In this document: in pieces, positions 21,434 through 29,258 of the stretch
Numbering within the stretch: the stretch's first letter is position 1
How the letters are laid out: each line of letters starts with the position of its first letter
Source: a bacterium
GTDB taxonomy: Bacteria > UBA10199 > 2-02-FULL-50-16 > JAJFLM01
DNA: 64,000 bases
Assembly (NCBI GenBank): GCA_965216315.1
Contig: CBDCFN010000016.1
Span: 1,216,001-1,280,000 of the forward strand
Direction: 5' to 3'
Position numbers and translations under genes: made by a program
Notes under the pieces: generated by a model
Databases searched by the model: none
Told to the model about the DNA's origin: nothing
The model's input: the letters and a program-made list of their open reading frames with translations, nothing else

Positions 21434-24400
21434 GTGAAAAAGAAGCTGATCTCGGATCGATATGAAATTATTAAAGAACTCGGACGAGGTGCCGGTGGAG
21501 TCACCTATCTGGTTCAGGATCGAAATGATCCCGATTTACCCAAAGCGCTTAAAATCATTAACGCTGAGTCCCAGGACGAAGCGCTCCGCCTTGCCTTCCG
21601 TCAAGAATGTCAACTGCTCAAAAAACTTTCTCACCCGAATATTGCCTGCGTTCTTGAGAGTGGAGCCGACGAAGACAGTCTTTATTACACGACAGAATAT
21701 GTGGAGGGCGAGGATTTTGTGAGCGCCTGCCGGGAGCGCGACTGGAATGCGGTCTTCTCCCTGATCGTACAGGCCTGTTGGGGGCTGGACTATCTCCATA
21801 AACAAAAAGTCATCCACCGTGATCTGAAACCGGCTAACATACTCGTCGGAAAAATTCACGAATCCGACAAGACGCTGGAGATGGAAAGCGTCCGGCTTAA
21901 GATAATTGATTTTGGATTGGCACTGAGTGCGGCGCAGCAGAGTCATGCGATGGAGACGGCGGGGACGCTCGGTTATATGGCACCCGAAGTCCTTGCGGGC
22001 GATGCCTATGACGGTCGAGCGGATCTCTACTCCTTAGGGGTTGTTCTCTACGAAATGGCTTTAGGCCGTTTACCGACGACAAAAACAACTAACTTTTCCG
22101 AATATCTGCAGGCTTTGCATCAACATCGAGTCGATATGGCGCCGCTACACGATAGTGATGAAATTCCCGGGGGGATTGTCAGTATTATCGAAAATTTAGT
22201 GATTGCTGACCCCGAAAAACGTCTTAAATCGGCACGCGAGGTCATCAAGTTACTCAATAAACGTGAGGATGAGTCATTTACCCTGACAGTTCCATCAAGC
22301 GAGACGAAGGGAAGAAGTCAGGCAAAGCGTAAGAAGGCTCCGATAAAACGTGCCACATCAAGTCAAACCGCATCAGCCCAAGAGAAAGTTGATAGTTTGC
22401 TGTCAATGATAAGGAGTGGGCGGCAACAAGAGGCTCGGGATTACATAGAAAACGAATTAGGATCGTTTGATGCGGAAAAAGATGCCGGTTTGGTCGAAGA
22501 ATTCTATGGGGCTGCGGGCCACGTTCTGACGGAGCAGGGTCAGTTTGATCAAGTGCATGATCTTATCAATAAAATGGAGAAACATCCGGCGCTTCGCGGT
22601 AAGGTTTCTATCGAGCAATTGATACTAGCCGTCCAATTGGCTTACCGGGAAGGGAAATTGGATGAGGCGAAGAAAAAACTGGGCGCAGTGACAGCCAAAC
22701 AGCTCAAAAAAGCTTCGTTGCAACAACAGACGCGCGTCGAGACGTATCGAGGTCTCGTATTGCAGGGCTTAAAGGAATTTGATGAGGCCGTGAAGGCTTT
22801 TGAGCGTGGGGCGGCGATGGCGGCTGAAAGTGGGCGCAAAGATCATCAGGTCGGCTTGCTCGCGAATGCCGCAACGCTTTATTACGATCAGGGTCAGTGG
22901 GGTCAAGCTTATGAGATGTATTGCCGGGCCGAAAAACTCGCCCGTGCCGGCACGAATACGCCTCTGCTCGGGACGATCCTCAATAACTTAGGCAATCTTT
23001 ACTTGTATTTCGGGCGTCAAAAGCAGGCCGAGCAGGCCCTGGAAGAATCTTTGCATATTGCGGAGGAACAGGGCCTTTCCGAATTGATCGCTTATAATCG
23101 ATACCTGCTCTCAACCGGAGAAATCGGGAAGGGCAATAGAGAAAAGGTTGCCGATTACTTAAGGCAGGCCTTGGAGTATGCCCGTGGTCTCGGGGGGTCT
23201 CAGGCGCTTTTTCAGGCGCGTCTTGCCGAGGCGTATTTTCATTTGTCGCAAGATGATTTCGAGGCCTGCAACGAGGACCTCCGTCTCTTGAGGGAGTGTG
23301 CCGGTGAAACGGGGCAGGCGGCATATGACTTGCAAGTAGACTGGTTTGAGGCGCGGTTTCGCATTCAGGAAAATAGTTTTGCTGATTATCCTGTGGCGGA
23401 TTGGTTGCAAGCCGTTCACGATGATGTGGTGAAACGACAGCTCCCTAACAGTCTGTGGCAGGTACTCAAGGATAAAGGCGATTTAGCGAAGGCGTTGGGG
23501 AATGAAGCTGAGGCTCAACAGGATTACCAGCGGGCCTTGGAAGTCATCGAAGAGCTAAAAGCGCGCGTGCCGAAAAAGTATCAGGAGAGCTTTATGCGAG
23601 ATCGCAAAAAAGAAAAAATACGTCGCTCACTTGAATTATTAAAGCCGTCAGAAACGGCAGAACCTGCCGAACCTGCGGATAAGAGTGATGTGACTTTTTC
23701 CTTTAAACGTTGGGCCGAGATTAATCGACGTCTCCTTATGCAATACGATATCGACCAACTGCTGGAGGAAATACTTGATACGGCATTGCGCATTACCGAT
23801 GCTGAACGTGGTTTTGTTATCCTTTCGGACGAACAGAACCTTGATATTAGAGCGGCACGCAATTTTGATAAACAAACGTTGAATCCGGATGCGGAGGAAT
23901 TCTCCTTTACGATCGCGCGCGATGTTATGCGTAAGGGTGAGAGCACAGTCAGCTTAGACGCGGCAGCCGATGAACGCTTTGCTGAGGCGCGCTCGGTGCA
24001 TTCACTGAAAATTCGTTCCGTGCTGTGCGTCCCGCTTCATTTAGGTCAGCGGACGGTGGGGCTCATTTATCTCGATAACCGTTATCGCCCGGGTGTTTTG
24101 ATCAATGAACATATCGAATTGATCGAAGCCTTGGCGGACCAAGCCTCCTTGACGCTGGAGCATGCGCGTCTGCATCGGGAGAATAAGGAGAAGATCGAGG
24201 AGCTGCAGTTAAACAAGCAACTCATCGAAAAGCTCAATGAACGCCTTGAAAAAGATCTGAGTGATACATCAGCCCATTTGGATGCCATGCGCGAAAGTAT
24301 GAAACGCGAACACGAAGAGATTAGCCTGCGCTATAGCTATGACAATATTATTGGAAAGAGCCCGGGGATTAAGAAAGTTCTTTCCGTGATCGACCGTGTC

Positions 24401-25312
24401 GTTGAAACGCACAGTCCGGTATTCATTTGCGGAGAATCAGGGACTGGTAAGGAGCTGATAGCGCGCGCATTTCATTTCAATGGCCCTAGAAAAGGCGGAC
24501 CCTTTATCGCGGAGAACTGCGCGGCCCTGGCGGATAATTTATTGGAGAGTGAGCTGTTTGGGCATGTGCGCGGGGCCTTTACAGGTGCGGAAAAAGATCG
24601 GGCGGGCCTGTTTCAAATGGCGCATCGAGGCACTTTGTTTCTGGATGAAGTCGGGGACATGTCCTTGGCGATGCAGGCCAAGTTGCTACGTGTCTTGCAA
24701 GAGGGTGAAGTGAGAAAGGTGGGCGGCCGGGATTATCAGAAGGTCGATGTCCGGGTGATCGCTGCGTCGCACAAGGATATTCGCAAGATGGTCACAACCA
24801 AGGAGTTCAGGCAGGATTTGTACTACCGCTTGAATGTCGTGCGGGTTGACCTGCCGCCTCTGCGCGATCGGGGTGAAGATATCTTGCTCCTGGCGGATTA
24901 TTTTCTGAGTCAGCAGGCGGAAGAGGCAGGTAAGCGGAAGCCACGCTTGAGCAAGGGGGCGATTCGAGTGTTATTGGATTATTCGTGGCCGGGGAACATC
25001 CGCGAATTGCAGAATGAGATGCAGCGTCTACTCATATTGGGTGCCGACGTGATTAGCCCTTCATTATTGAGTCCTCAGCTGATTGAGGGGGTTCAGTCAC
25101 AGCGCCAGCGTATCAAGGATGGTGGCTTAGAGGCGATTATCGCTCCGATCGAGAAGCAGGCGATTCTCGAGGCCTTGCAACGCTGTCGCGGAAATAAAGT
25201 CAAGGCGGCGCAACTCTTAAAGATTGGGCGCCGAACATTATATATGAAGCTCAAAGAGCATAATATCAGTCCCCATTGGGGCAAGGCGAGTGCCTCGGCG
25301 GCGCATTCATAG
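21434..25312 (+). CDS. Ser/Thr kinase - TPR - GAF - sigma54 AAA+ - Fis-type HTH enhancer-binding protein
   Basis: GRGAGG, ALK, HRDLKPAN, DFG, APE; TPR-like helices; GAF (AERGFVIL...SVLCVPL...IYLDNR); GESGTGKE, GAFTGA, LFLDEV, WPGNIRELQN; NKVKAAQLLKIGRRTLY. Confidence 0.93.
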   Translation: MKKKLISDRYEIIKELGRGAGGVTYLVQDRNDPDLPKALKIINAESQDEALRLAFRQECQLLKKLSHPNIACVLESGADEDSLYYTTEYVEGEDFVSACRERDWNAVFSLIVQACWGLDYLHKQKVIHRDLKPANILVGKIHESDKTLEMESVRLKIIDFGLALSAAQQSHAMETAGTLGYMAPEVLAGDAYDGRADLYSLGVVLYEMALGRLPTTKTTNFSEYLQALHQHRVDMAPLHDSDEIPGGIVSIIENLVIADPEKRLKSAREVIKLLNKREDESFTLTVPSSETKGRSQAKRKKAPIKRATSSQTASAQEKVDSLLSMIRSGRQQEARDYIENELGSFDAEKDAGLVEEFYGAAGHVLTEQGQFDQVHDLINKMEKHPALRGKVSIEQLILAVQLAYREGKLDEAKKKLGAVTAKQLKKASLQQQTRVETYRGLVLQGLKEFDEAVKAFERGAAMAAESGRKDHQVGLLANAATLYYDQGQWGQAYEMYCRAEKLARAGTNTPLLGTILNNLGNLYLYFGRQKQAEQALEESLHIAEEQGLSELIAYNRYLLSTGEIGKGNREKVADYLRQALEYARGLGGSQALFQARLAEAYFHLSQDDFEACNEDLRLLRECAGETGQAAYDLQVDWFEARFRIQENSFADYPVADWLQAVHDDVVKRQLPNSLWQVLKDKGDLAKALGNEAEAQQDYQRALEVIEELKARVPKKYQESFMRDRKKEKIRRSLELLKPSETAEPAEPADKSDVTFSFKRWAEINRRLLMQYDIDQLLEEILDTALRITDAERGFVILSDEQNLDIRAARNFDKQTLNPDAEEFSFTIARDVMRKGESTVSLDAAADERFAEARSVHSLKIRSVLCVPLHLGQRTVGLIYLDNRYRPGVLINEHIELIEALADQASLTLEHARLHRENKEKIEELQLNKQLIEKLNERLEKDLSDTSAHLDAMRESMKREHEEISLRYSYDNIIGKSPGIKKVLSVIDRVVETHSPVFICGESGTGKELIARAFHFNGPRKGGPFIAENCAALADNLLESELFGHVRGAFTGAEKDRAGLFQMAHRGTLFLDEVGDMSLAMQAKLLRVLQEGEVRKVGGRDYQKVDVRVIAASHKDIRKMVTTKEFRQDLYYRLNVVRVDLPPLRDRGEDILLLADYFLSQQAEEAGKRKPRLSKGAIRVLLDYSWPGNIRELQNEMQRLLILGADVISPSLLSPQLIEGVQSQRQRIKDGGLEAIIAPIEKQAILEALQRCRGNKVKAAQLLKIGRRTLYMKLKEHNISPHWGKASASAAHS

Positions 25313-25348
25313 ACCGAAAAGTCGCTGAGCTGATATAATTGAGGCGAT

Positions 25349-25822
25349 GTGAGCCATTTATTGTCGAAAATAGCGTTAGTTATTATTTTAAGCCCCTTCT
25401 TATTAGCACCTGGTGCCTGTCCCAGTGAACAGGCCGCGGTAGAGGACTCAGTCAATATTCAAGAGAGTGATGTTGCGACGGAACAAAACGTATCCGCAGG
25501 GACACGTCCGCCGAGTACGGAAGCGGCCGGGCCGGTCACTCCGGTTGATCCGGATCTGCAGGAGGCCTTAGAGGAGTGGCAGGAAGAGCAAGAAGAGAAG
25601 CAACGGCAACGCGCTGAGGCGATAAAAGAACAAGAGACAGTGGTTCGAGGGGATATAGAGGGCGTCAGGCTTCCGGATGACGCCGCGCCGATACGTCGTG
25701 AAGAGAGTGAGAAGTGTCCTATTGAGTATGAAGGGGAACCAACCGAGATCTCATGCGAGCTCTTGCGTCGTCTCCGCGAAGCGATGCAGCACAAGGCGAT
25801 CCCGATAATTGACTCGAATTGA
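25349..25822 (+). CDS. Acidic putative lipoprotein (paralog 1)
   Basis: Hydrophobic N-terminus ending LLAPGAC; C-terminal CPIEYEGEPTEISC. Confidence 0.6.
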   Translation: MSHLLSKIALVIILSPFLLAPGACPSEQAAVEDSVNIQESDVATEQNVSAGTRPPSTEAAGPVTPVDPDLQEALEEWQEEQEEKQRQRAEAIKEQETVVRGDIEGVRLPDDAAPIRREESEKCPIEYEGEPTEISCELLRRLREAMQHKAIPIIDSN

Positions 25823-25827
25823 TACAT
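25809..25827. promoter_or_regulatory. Degenerate enhancer (UAS) copy
   Basis: TTGACTCG-AAT-TGATACAT, centred 104 bp upstream of the GG of the promoter at 25921. Confidence 0.45.
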
Positions 25828-25920
25828 ATTGGCCCCTCGATCCCTTTATTTCCCCATTCATCTATCCCCGTATTTAGATAATTATTTAATAATTTCAAAT
25901 AGATAAATAATAAGGCTTAT

Positions 25921-25936
25921 TGGCACGCCATTTGCT
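25921..25936 (+). promoter_or_regulatory. Sigma54 -24/-12 promoter P1
   Basis: TGGCAC-GCCAT-TTGCT with GG-N10-GC spacing, preceded by an AT-rich IHF-like tract. Confidence 0.85.
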
Positions 25937-25946
25937 CTACTCTAGG

Positions 25947-26025
25947 GCAGCACACTACACACACTACGCACCCAACACACGGGACGAATGGCTGGCGGCG
26001 CAACGCGGCCAGCCATTCGCTCCTA
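25947..26025 (+). ncRNA. Candidate sigma54-dependent small RNA 1
   Basis: No ORF after P1; CA-rich unstructured 5' part, then a 12-bp perfect stem CGAATGGCTGGC/GCCAGCCATTCG. Ends are approximate. Confidence 0.55.
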
Positions 26026-26107
26026 TCCTCTCCAGTCATAGCCGCATAATCTAGTTCACTCGCTATGCGAATTCATGCGAATTGGCGCGCTAAGAGTCCG
26101 GTCAATT

Positions 26108-26128
26108 TATGTATCGATCCGATACATA
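26108..26128. promoter_or_regulatory. Perfect palindromic enhancer (UAS)
   Basis: TATGTATCG-ATC-CGATACATA, centred 103 bp upstream of the GG of P2. Confidence 0.7.
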
Positions 26129-26191
26129 CTGGGGTTTTTCAGCGGCGATGTTATCAAGTTCGTGCGAAAGGAATGATAAAATATTAAATAA

Positions 26192-26204
26192 TATCAATAA
26201 GTTA
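26192..26204 (+). promoter_or_regulatory. IHF site
   Basis: TATCAA-TAAG-TTA matches WATCAA-N4-TTR and lies between the UAS and P2. Confidence 0.6.
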
Positions 26205-26219
26205 TAAAATTTCGGCTAT

Positions 26220-26235
26220 TGGCATGGCTCTTGCT
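26220..26235 (+). promoter_or_regulatory. Sigma54 -24/-12 promoter P2
   Basis: TGGCAT-GGCTC-TTGCT with GG-N10-GC spacing. Confidence 0.82.
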
Positions 26236-26245
26236 CTCTAGGGAG

Positions 26246-26323
26246 GGACAATACGCTTTCATGCCCCTATGAAAGGTCGGATGGCTGGTGGCAATGAGGT
26301 CGCCAGCCATTTCGACCTCTTTC
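26246..26323 (+). ncRNA. Candidate sigma54-dependent small RNA 2 (or structured leader)
   Basis: Long hairpin GAAAGGTCGG-ATGGCTGGTGGC...GTCGCCAGCCAT-TTCGACCTCTTTC with G-U pairs; shares the ATGGCTGG/CCAGCCAT core with sRNA 1. Confidence 0.5.
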
Positions 26324-26368
26324 GGTGAGACGCCGCGAGGGGATAATGGTATAGTAGTGAGTAGACCC

Positions 26369-26854
26369 ATGAAGTTATCTAAAATTCAGTTATTATGCTT
26401 CAGTATCATCCTCCTCTCCGGTTCAGGGCTTGTCGCTTGTAAAGGTCAGTTTTCAGCGTTGCAAGGAACCGGCGTTGAAGTCGATGAGGGCGCGGATACC
26501 TCCATCGAAGGTGACGTCGGTGATGACACCGGTTTAGGCGGTGGGCCCGGCATTGATGGAGGAACCGATTCCTTTATTCCCGAAGACCCGGCCAGTGAAG
26601 GGACACCGGAACGTCCGGGTGCAACCAATCCTTCGATTCCGCGCGATCATGGCGACTTTGCGCCGTATATCCCACAAGATATGCCTAACGAGATGCGCAT
26701 GGCTGATCCGGATAGCGGGAAGGACGATGATGCACCCGCACCGGACAATGAAGAAGAGCCCGTCAACTGCGTGATTAAGTTTGGCGAAGACGGCGAGGAG
26801 ATTCCCTGTCCGCGCTTTAATGAAGTGAAGCAGTATCAGGAATTTACCGAATAA
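26369..26854 (+). CDS. Acidic putative lipoprotein (paralog 2)
   Basis: Start placed at ATG 26369 (MKLSKIQ); lipobox LVAC-KGQFSAL; EGTPERPG; C-terminal CVIKFGEDGEEIPC. Confidence 0.7.
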   Translation: MKLSKIQLLCFSIILLSGSGLVACKGQFSALQGTGVEVDEGADTSIEGDVGDDTGLGGGPGIDGGTDSFIPEDPASEGTPERPGATNPSIPRDHGDFAPYIPQDMPNEMRMADPDSGKDDDAPAPDNEEEPVNCVIKFGEDGEEIPCPRFNEVKQYQEFTE

Positions 26855-26863
26855 TGCAGTCCG

Positions 26864-27283
26864 ATGACGTTTCTCTTTTCAAAACACAAACTGCTTGTTG
26901 CGATTTCACTCTGCGCGATGAGTTTGCTCGCCTGCCGCGGTGAATTTAGTGCGCTGACTGATGGACTGCAGGAGGCTGGAGACGGGACAACTTTAGGCGA
27001 TTCGGAAGTTGTGTCGGATAATCCGGCGCAACATGAAGGCACTCCTGAGCGACCCGGCATGCCGAATCCGCTCCCGCTTACCGATGATGAACATGATCTT
27101 CCCGAGCGTCCCGAGCATAACGCCCCAACGGAAGCGCTGGATGATACGAAGTACGACGATGAGGGGGAAGAACCGGAGCCGAGTGAAGAGGAAGAGTGTT
27201 TTCTGATGATTGACGGTGTTGAGACCAAGATTCCCTGTGAAGAATCGGCGCAACACATGCAACGCCCGGTGCTTTCAAAGTGA
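26864..27283 (+). CDS. Acidic putative lipoprotein (paralog 3)
   Basis: Lipobox LLAC-RGEFSAL; EGTPERPG; C-terminal CFLMIDGVETKIPC. Confidence 0.7.
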   Translation: MTFLFSKHKLLVAISLCAMSLLACRGEFSALTDGLQEAGDGTTLGDSEVVSDNPAQHEGTPERPGMPNPLPLTDDEHDLPERPEHNAPTEALDDTKYDDEGEEPEPSEEEECFLMIDGVETKIPCEESAQHMQRPVLSK

Positions 27284-27297
27284 AAACGTGCGACCTA

Positions 27298-27960
27298 TTA
27301 CCCAAGCGTTCGCTTGGCAGCAAACTTATCCCGGCTCTTAATCGGAAGAATGTGCGTTTCTTTTGTTGGATCTAACTTAGGCTTAGTTCCAAAGACGATG
27401 TCCCAAAAAGGAGAGCTCACGCCGAAATAGTTGTCGCTGTCCTTAAAGTGATGAATCGAGTGATACTGTTTTAAATATTTTCCCAGTCGGGTCTTGGGGC
27501 GACCATGATGCGAGAAATAATGAATCCATTCATAAATAAGATAACCGACGGCCAGTCCCGCGCCCCATAGCATCGTGAATGCAAGGCTCTGGCTGACAGC
27601 CCACACGAGCAGCAAAAAGATTGCGTATAGGGGAATGGCCATGATGATAGGGGCGACGACATAGTCGGGGGCATTAGGAATTTCATGATGGAGGCGATGA
27701 AAACCAGAGGTCATGAATTTCCACGGTTCTTTTTCCGTATCGATGTGAAATGAAAACCGGTGCAGGAGATATTCAATCAGTGTCCAAGAGAAGAACCCCG
27801 TGAATAGTGACACGACGGCGTTGGAATACGTCATCGTGCTGTATCGAAGGGTGAGGGCCGTCATGAGGACGGCAGTACTCCCAAATACGACTATGGGAAC
27901 CCAGAAAGGTGACTTGCCCATCTTAAGATACTCTTCCGAAGTCATGTGCGTTCCTTTCAT
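27298..27960 (-). CDS. Fatty acid hydroxylase/sterol desaturase family (FA2H-like)
   Basis: His boxes EYLLHRFSFH, HRLHH, YEWIHYFSHH, HSIHH; FGVSSPFWD. Confidence 0.88.
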   Translation of the reverse strand: MKGTHMTSEEYLKMGKSPFWVPIVVFGSTAVLMTALTLRYSTMTYSNAVVSLFTGFFSWTLIEYLLHRFSFHIDTEKEPWKFMTSGFHRLHHEIPNAPDYVVAPIIMAIPLYAIFLLLVWAVSQSLAFTMLWGAGLAVGYLIYEWIHYFSHHGRPKTRLGKYLKQYHSIHHFKDSDNYFGVSSPFWDIVFGTKPKLDPTKETHILPIKSRDKFAAKRTLG

Positions 27961-27973
27961 TTAGGCTTGCCAA

Positions 27974-28044
27974 TAAGTAACCTATCAGTTACTTAATCTA
28001 GCGAGATAGGATTGGGCTGTCAATATTAATTAACCGTTCAGTTA
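27974..28044. promoter_or_regulatory. Two putative TetR operators in the divergent intergenic region
   Basis: TAAGTAAC-CTATCA-GTTACTTA (27974-27995) and TAAC-CGTTCA-GTTA (28031-28044). Confidence 0.6.
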
Positions 28045-28073
28045 CTATATAGACATAAGTTATTGACATTATT

Positions 28074-28727
28074 ATGGTAAATGAAAGCAAAAAAACGCGG
28101 ACTCGAAATCCGGAGCAGACCCGGGCCCATATTCTGGCCCAATCGACCGGGCTGTTTGCCGCGAAGGGTTTTGAGGGGACGACGATCAGTGAAATCGTAG
28201 CGGCCACGGGATTTAACAAACGAATGATCTACCATTATTACGGGGATAAAAAGGGCCTCTATCGCGCCATCTTCGTTCACGAATGGGCCCAGCTCAAGGA
28301 GTCGTTTGATCGCGCCTTTCAACAGCGCATCGAGGAGGCCAGTGAAAAACCGGTGGATAGCCGGGAGCTCGTGCAGGATGCCCTGTCTATTTTCTTCGAT
28401 TTCATTGCATCCAACCAAAACTTTGTCCGTCTCATGATGTGGGAAGGCCTGGAAGGTGGCGAGATTTCGCGAAGTATTTGGAAAGAGGTAAGAGGTCCGC
28501 TCTATATCCAAATGGAGTTCTTAATTAAACAGGCCCAATCAGAGGGGAGTCTGGATTCGCAATTAGACCCCGCCCATCTCGTCATCAGCTTTATGGGGGC
28601 GATTAGCTTCTATTTTGCCTATGCCTCAACGATGGAGGACATACTGGGTGAGGATGCCTTGACCCCTCAGGCCTTAAAAAAACGAAAATCACAGTTATTG
28701 CGCCTGATGGAGAATTTGCGTTCATAA
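28074..28727 (+). CDS. TetR/AcrR family regulator
   Basis: RNPEQTRAHIL...FAAKGFEGTTISEIVAATGFNKRMIYHYYGDKKGLY. Confidence 0.92.
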   Translation: MVNESKKTRTRNPEQTRAHILAQSTGLFAAKGFEGTTISEIVAATGFNKRMIYHYYGDKKGLYRAIFVHEWAQLKESFDRAFQQRIEEASEKPVDSRELVQDALSIFFDFIASNQNFVRLMMWEGLEGGEISRSIWKEVRGPLYIQMEFLIKQAQSEGSLDSQLDPAHLVISFMGAISFYFAYASTMEDILGEDALTPQALKKRKSQLLRLMENLRS

Positions 28728-28751
28728 GCGGACTCCTATAGGCTTGATGCG

Positions 28752-29258
28752 ATGAAGGAACTCATTTCTCAACAGGAGATTCAGGCGCGCGTCGAGGCGT
28801 TAGCGCGAGAAATTTCACAAGACTTGCAGAACAAGCCTACGGTGATTATCGGCGTCCTCAAAGGAGCCTTCGTTTTTATGAGTGATTTGGTGAGGCAACT
28901 GGACCTGCCGGTCCATTGCGACTTTATGCGGGTCTCGAGTTATCGAGGGACAGAATCTACGGGTCAGGTTCAGTTGGACCTTGATTTGAGTCAGTCTATA
29001 CAAGATAAGCATGTCCTCCTCGTTGAGGACTTGATTGATACCGGGACGACCTTGGAGTTTTTGCTGGAGCATTTAGGAAGCAAACGGCCGGCATCGATTC
29101 GTGTCTGTGCATTGCTCTACAAAGACGTGAATCCTCGGATTCGCCAGTCGATTGACTATGTCGGGTTTACCATTGGCGATGAGTTCGTCATTGGTTATGG
29201 AATGGATTTTGATGGTTTATACAGGTCGCTTCCCTACATTGCCGCCCTCCCGTCATAA
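28752..29258 (+). CDS. hpt: Hypoxanthine phosphoribosyltransferase
   Basis: GVLKGAFVF, VSSY, VLLVEDLIDTGTTL, FVIGYGMD. Confidence 0.95.
   Translation: MKELISQQEIQARVEALAREISQDLQNKPTVIIGVLKGAFVFMSDLVRQLDLPVHCDFMRVSSYRGTESTGQVQLDLDLSQSIQDKHVLLVEDLIDTGTTLEFLLEHLGSKRPASIRVCALLYKDVNPRIRQSIDYVGFTIGDEFVIGYGMDFDGLYRSLPYIAALPS

Noticed and set aside
25951..25980. CACACTA repeats as a CRISPR array or VNTR
   Set aside because: Too short and irregular, with no spacers or cas genes. No CRISPR array was seen anywhere in the window.
26288..26368. N-terminal extension of lipoprotein 2
   Set aside because: It runs through the hairpin; the signal peptide begins at ATG 26369.
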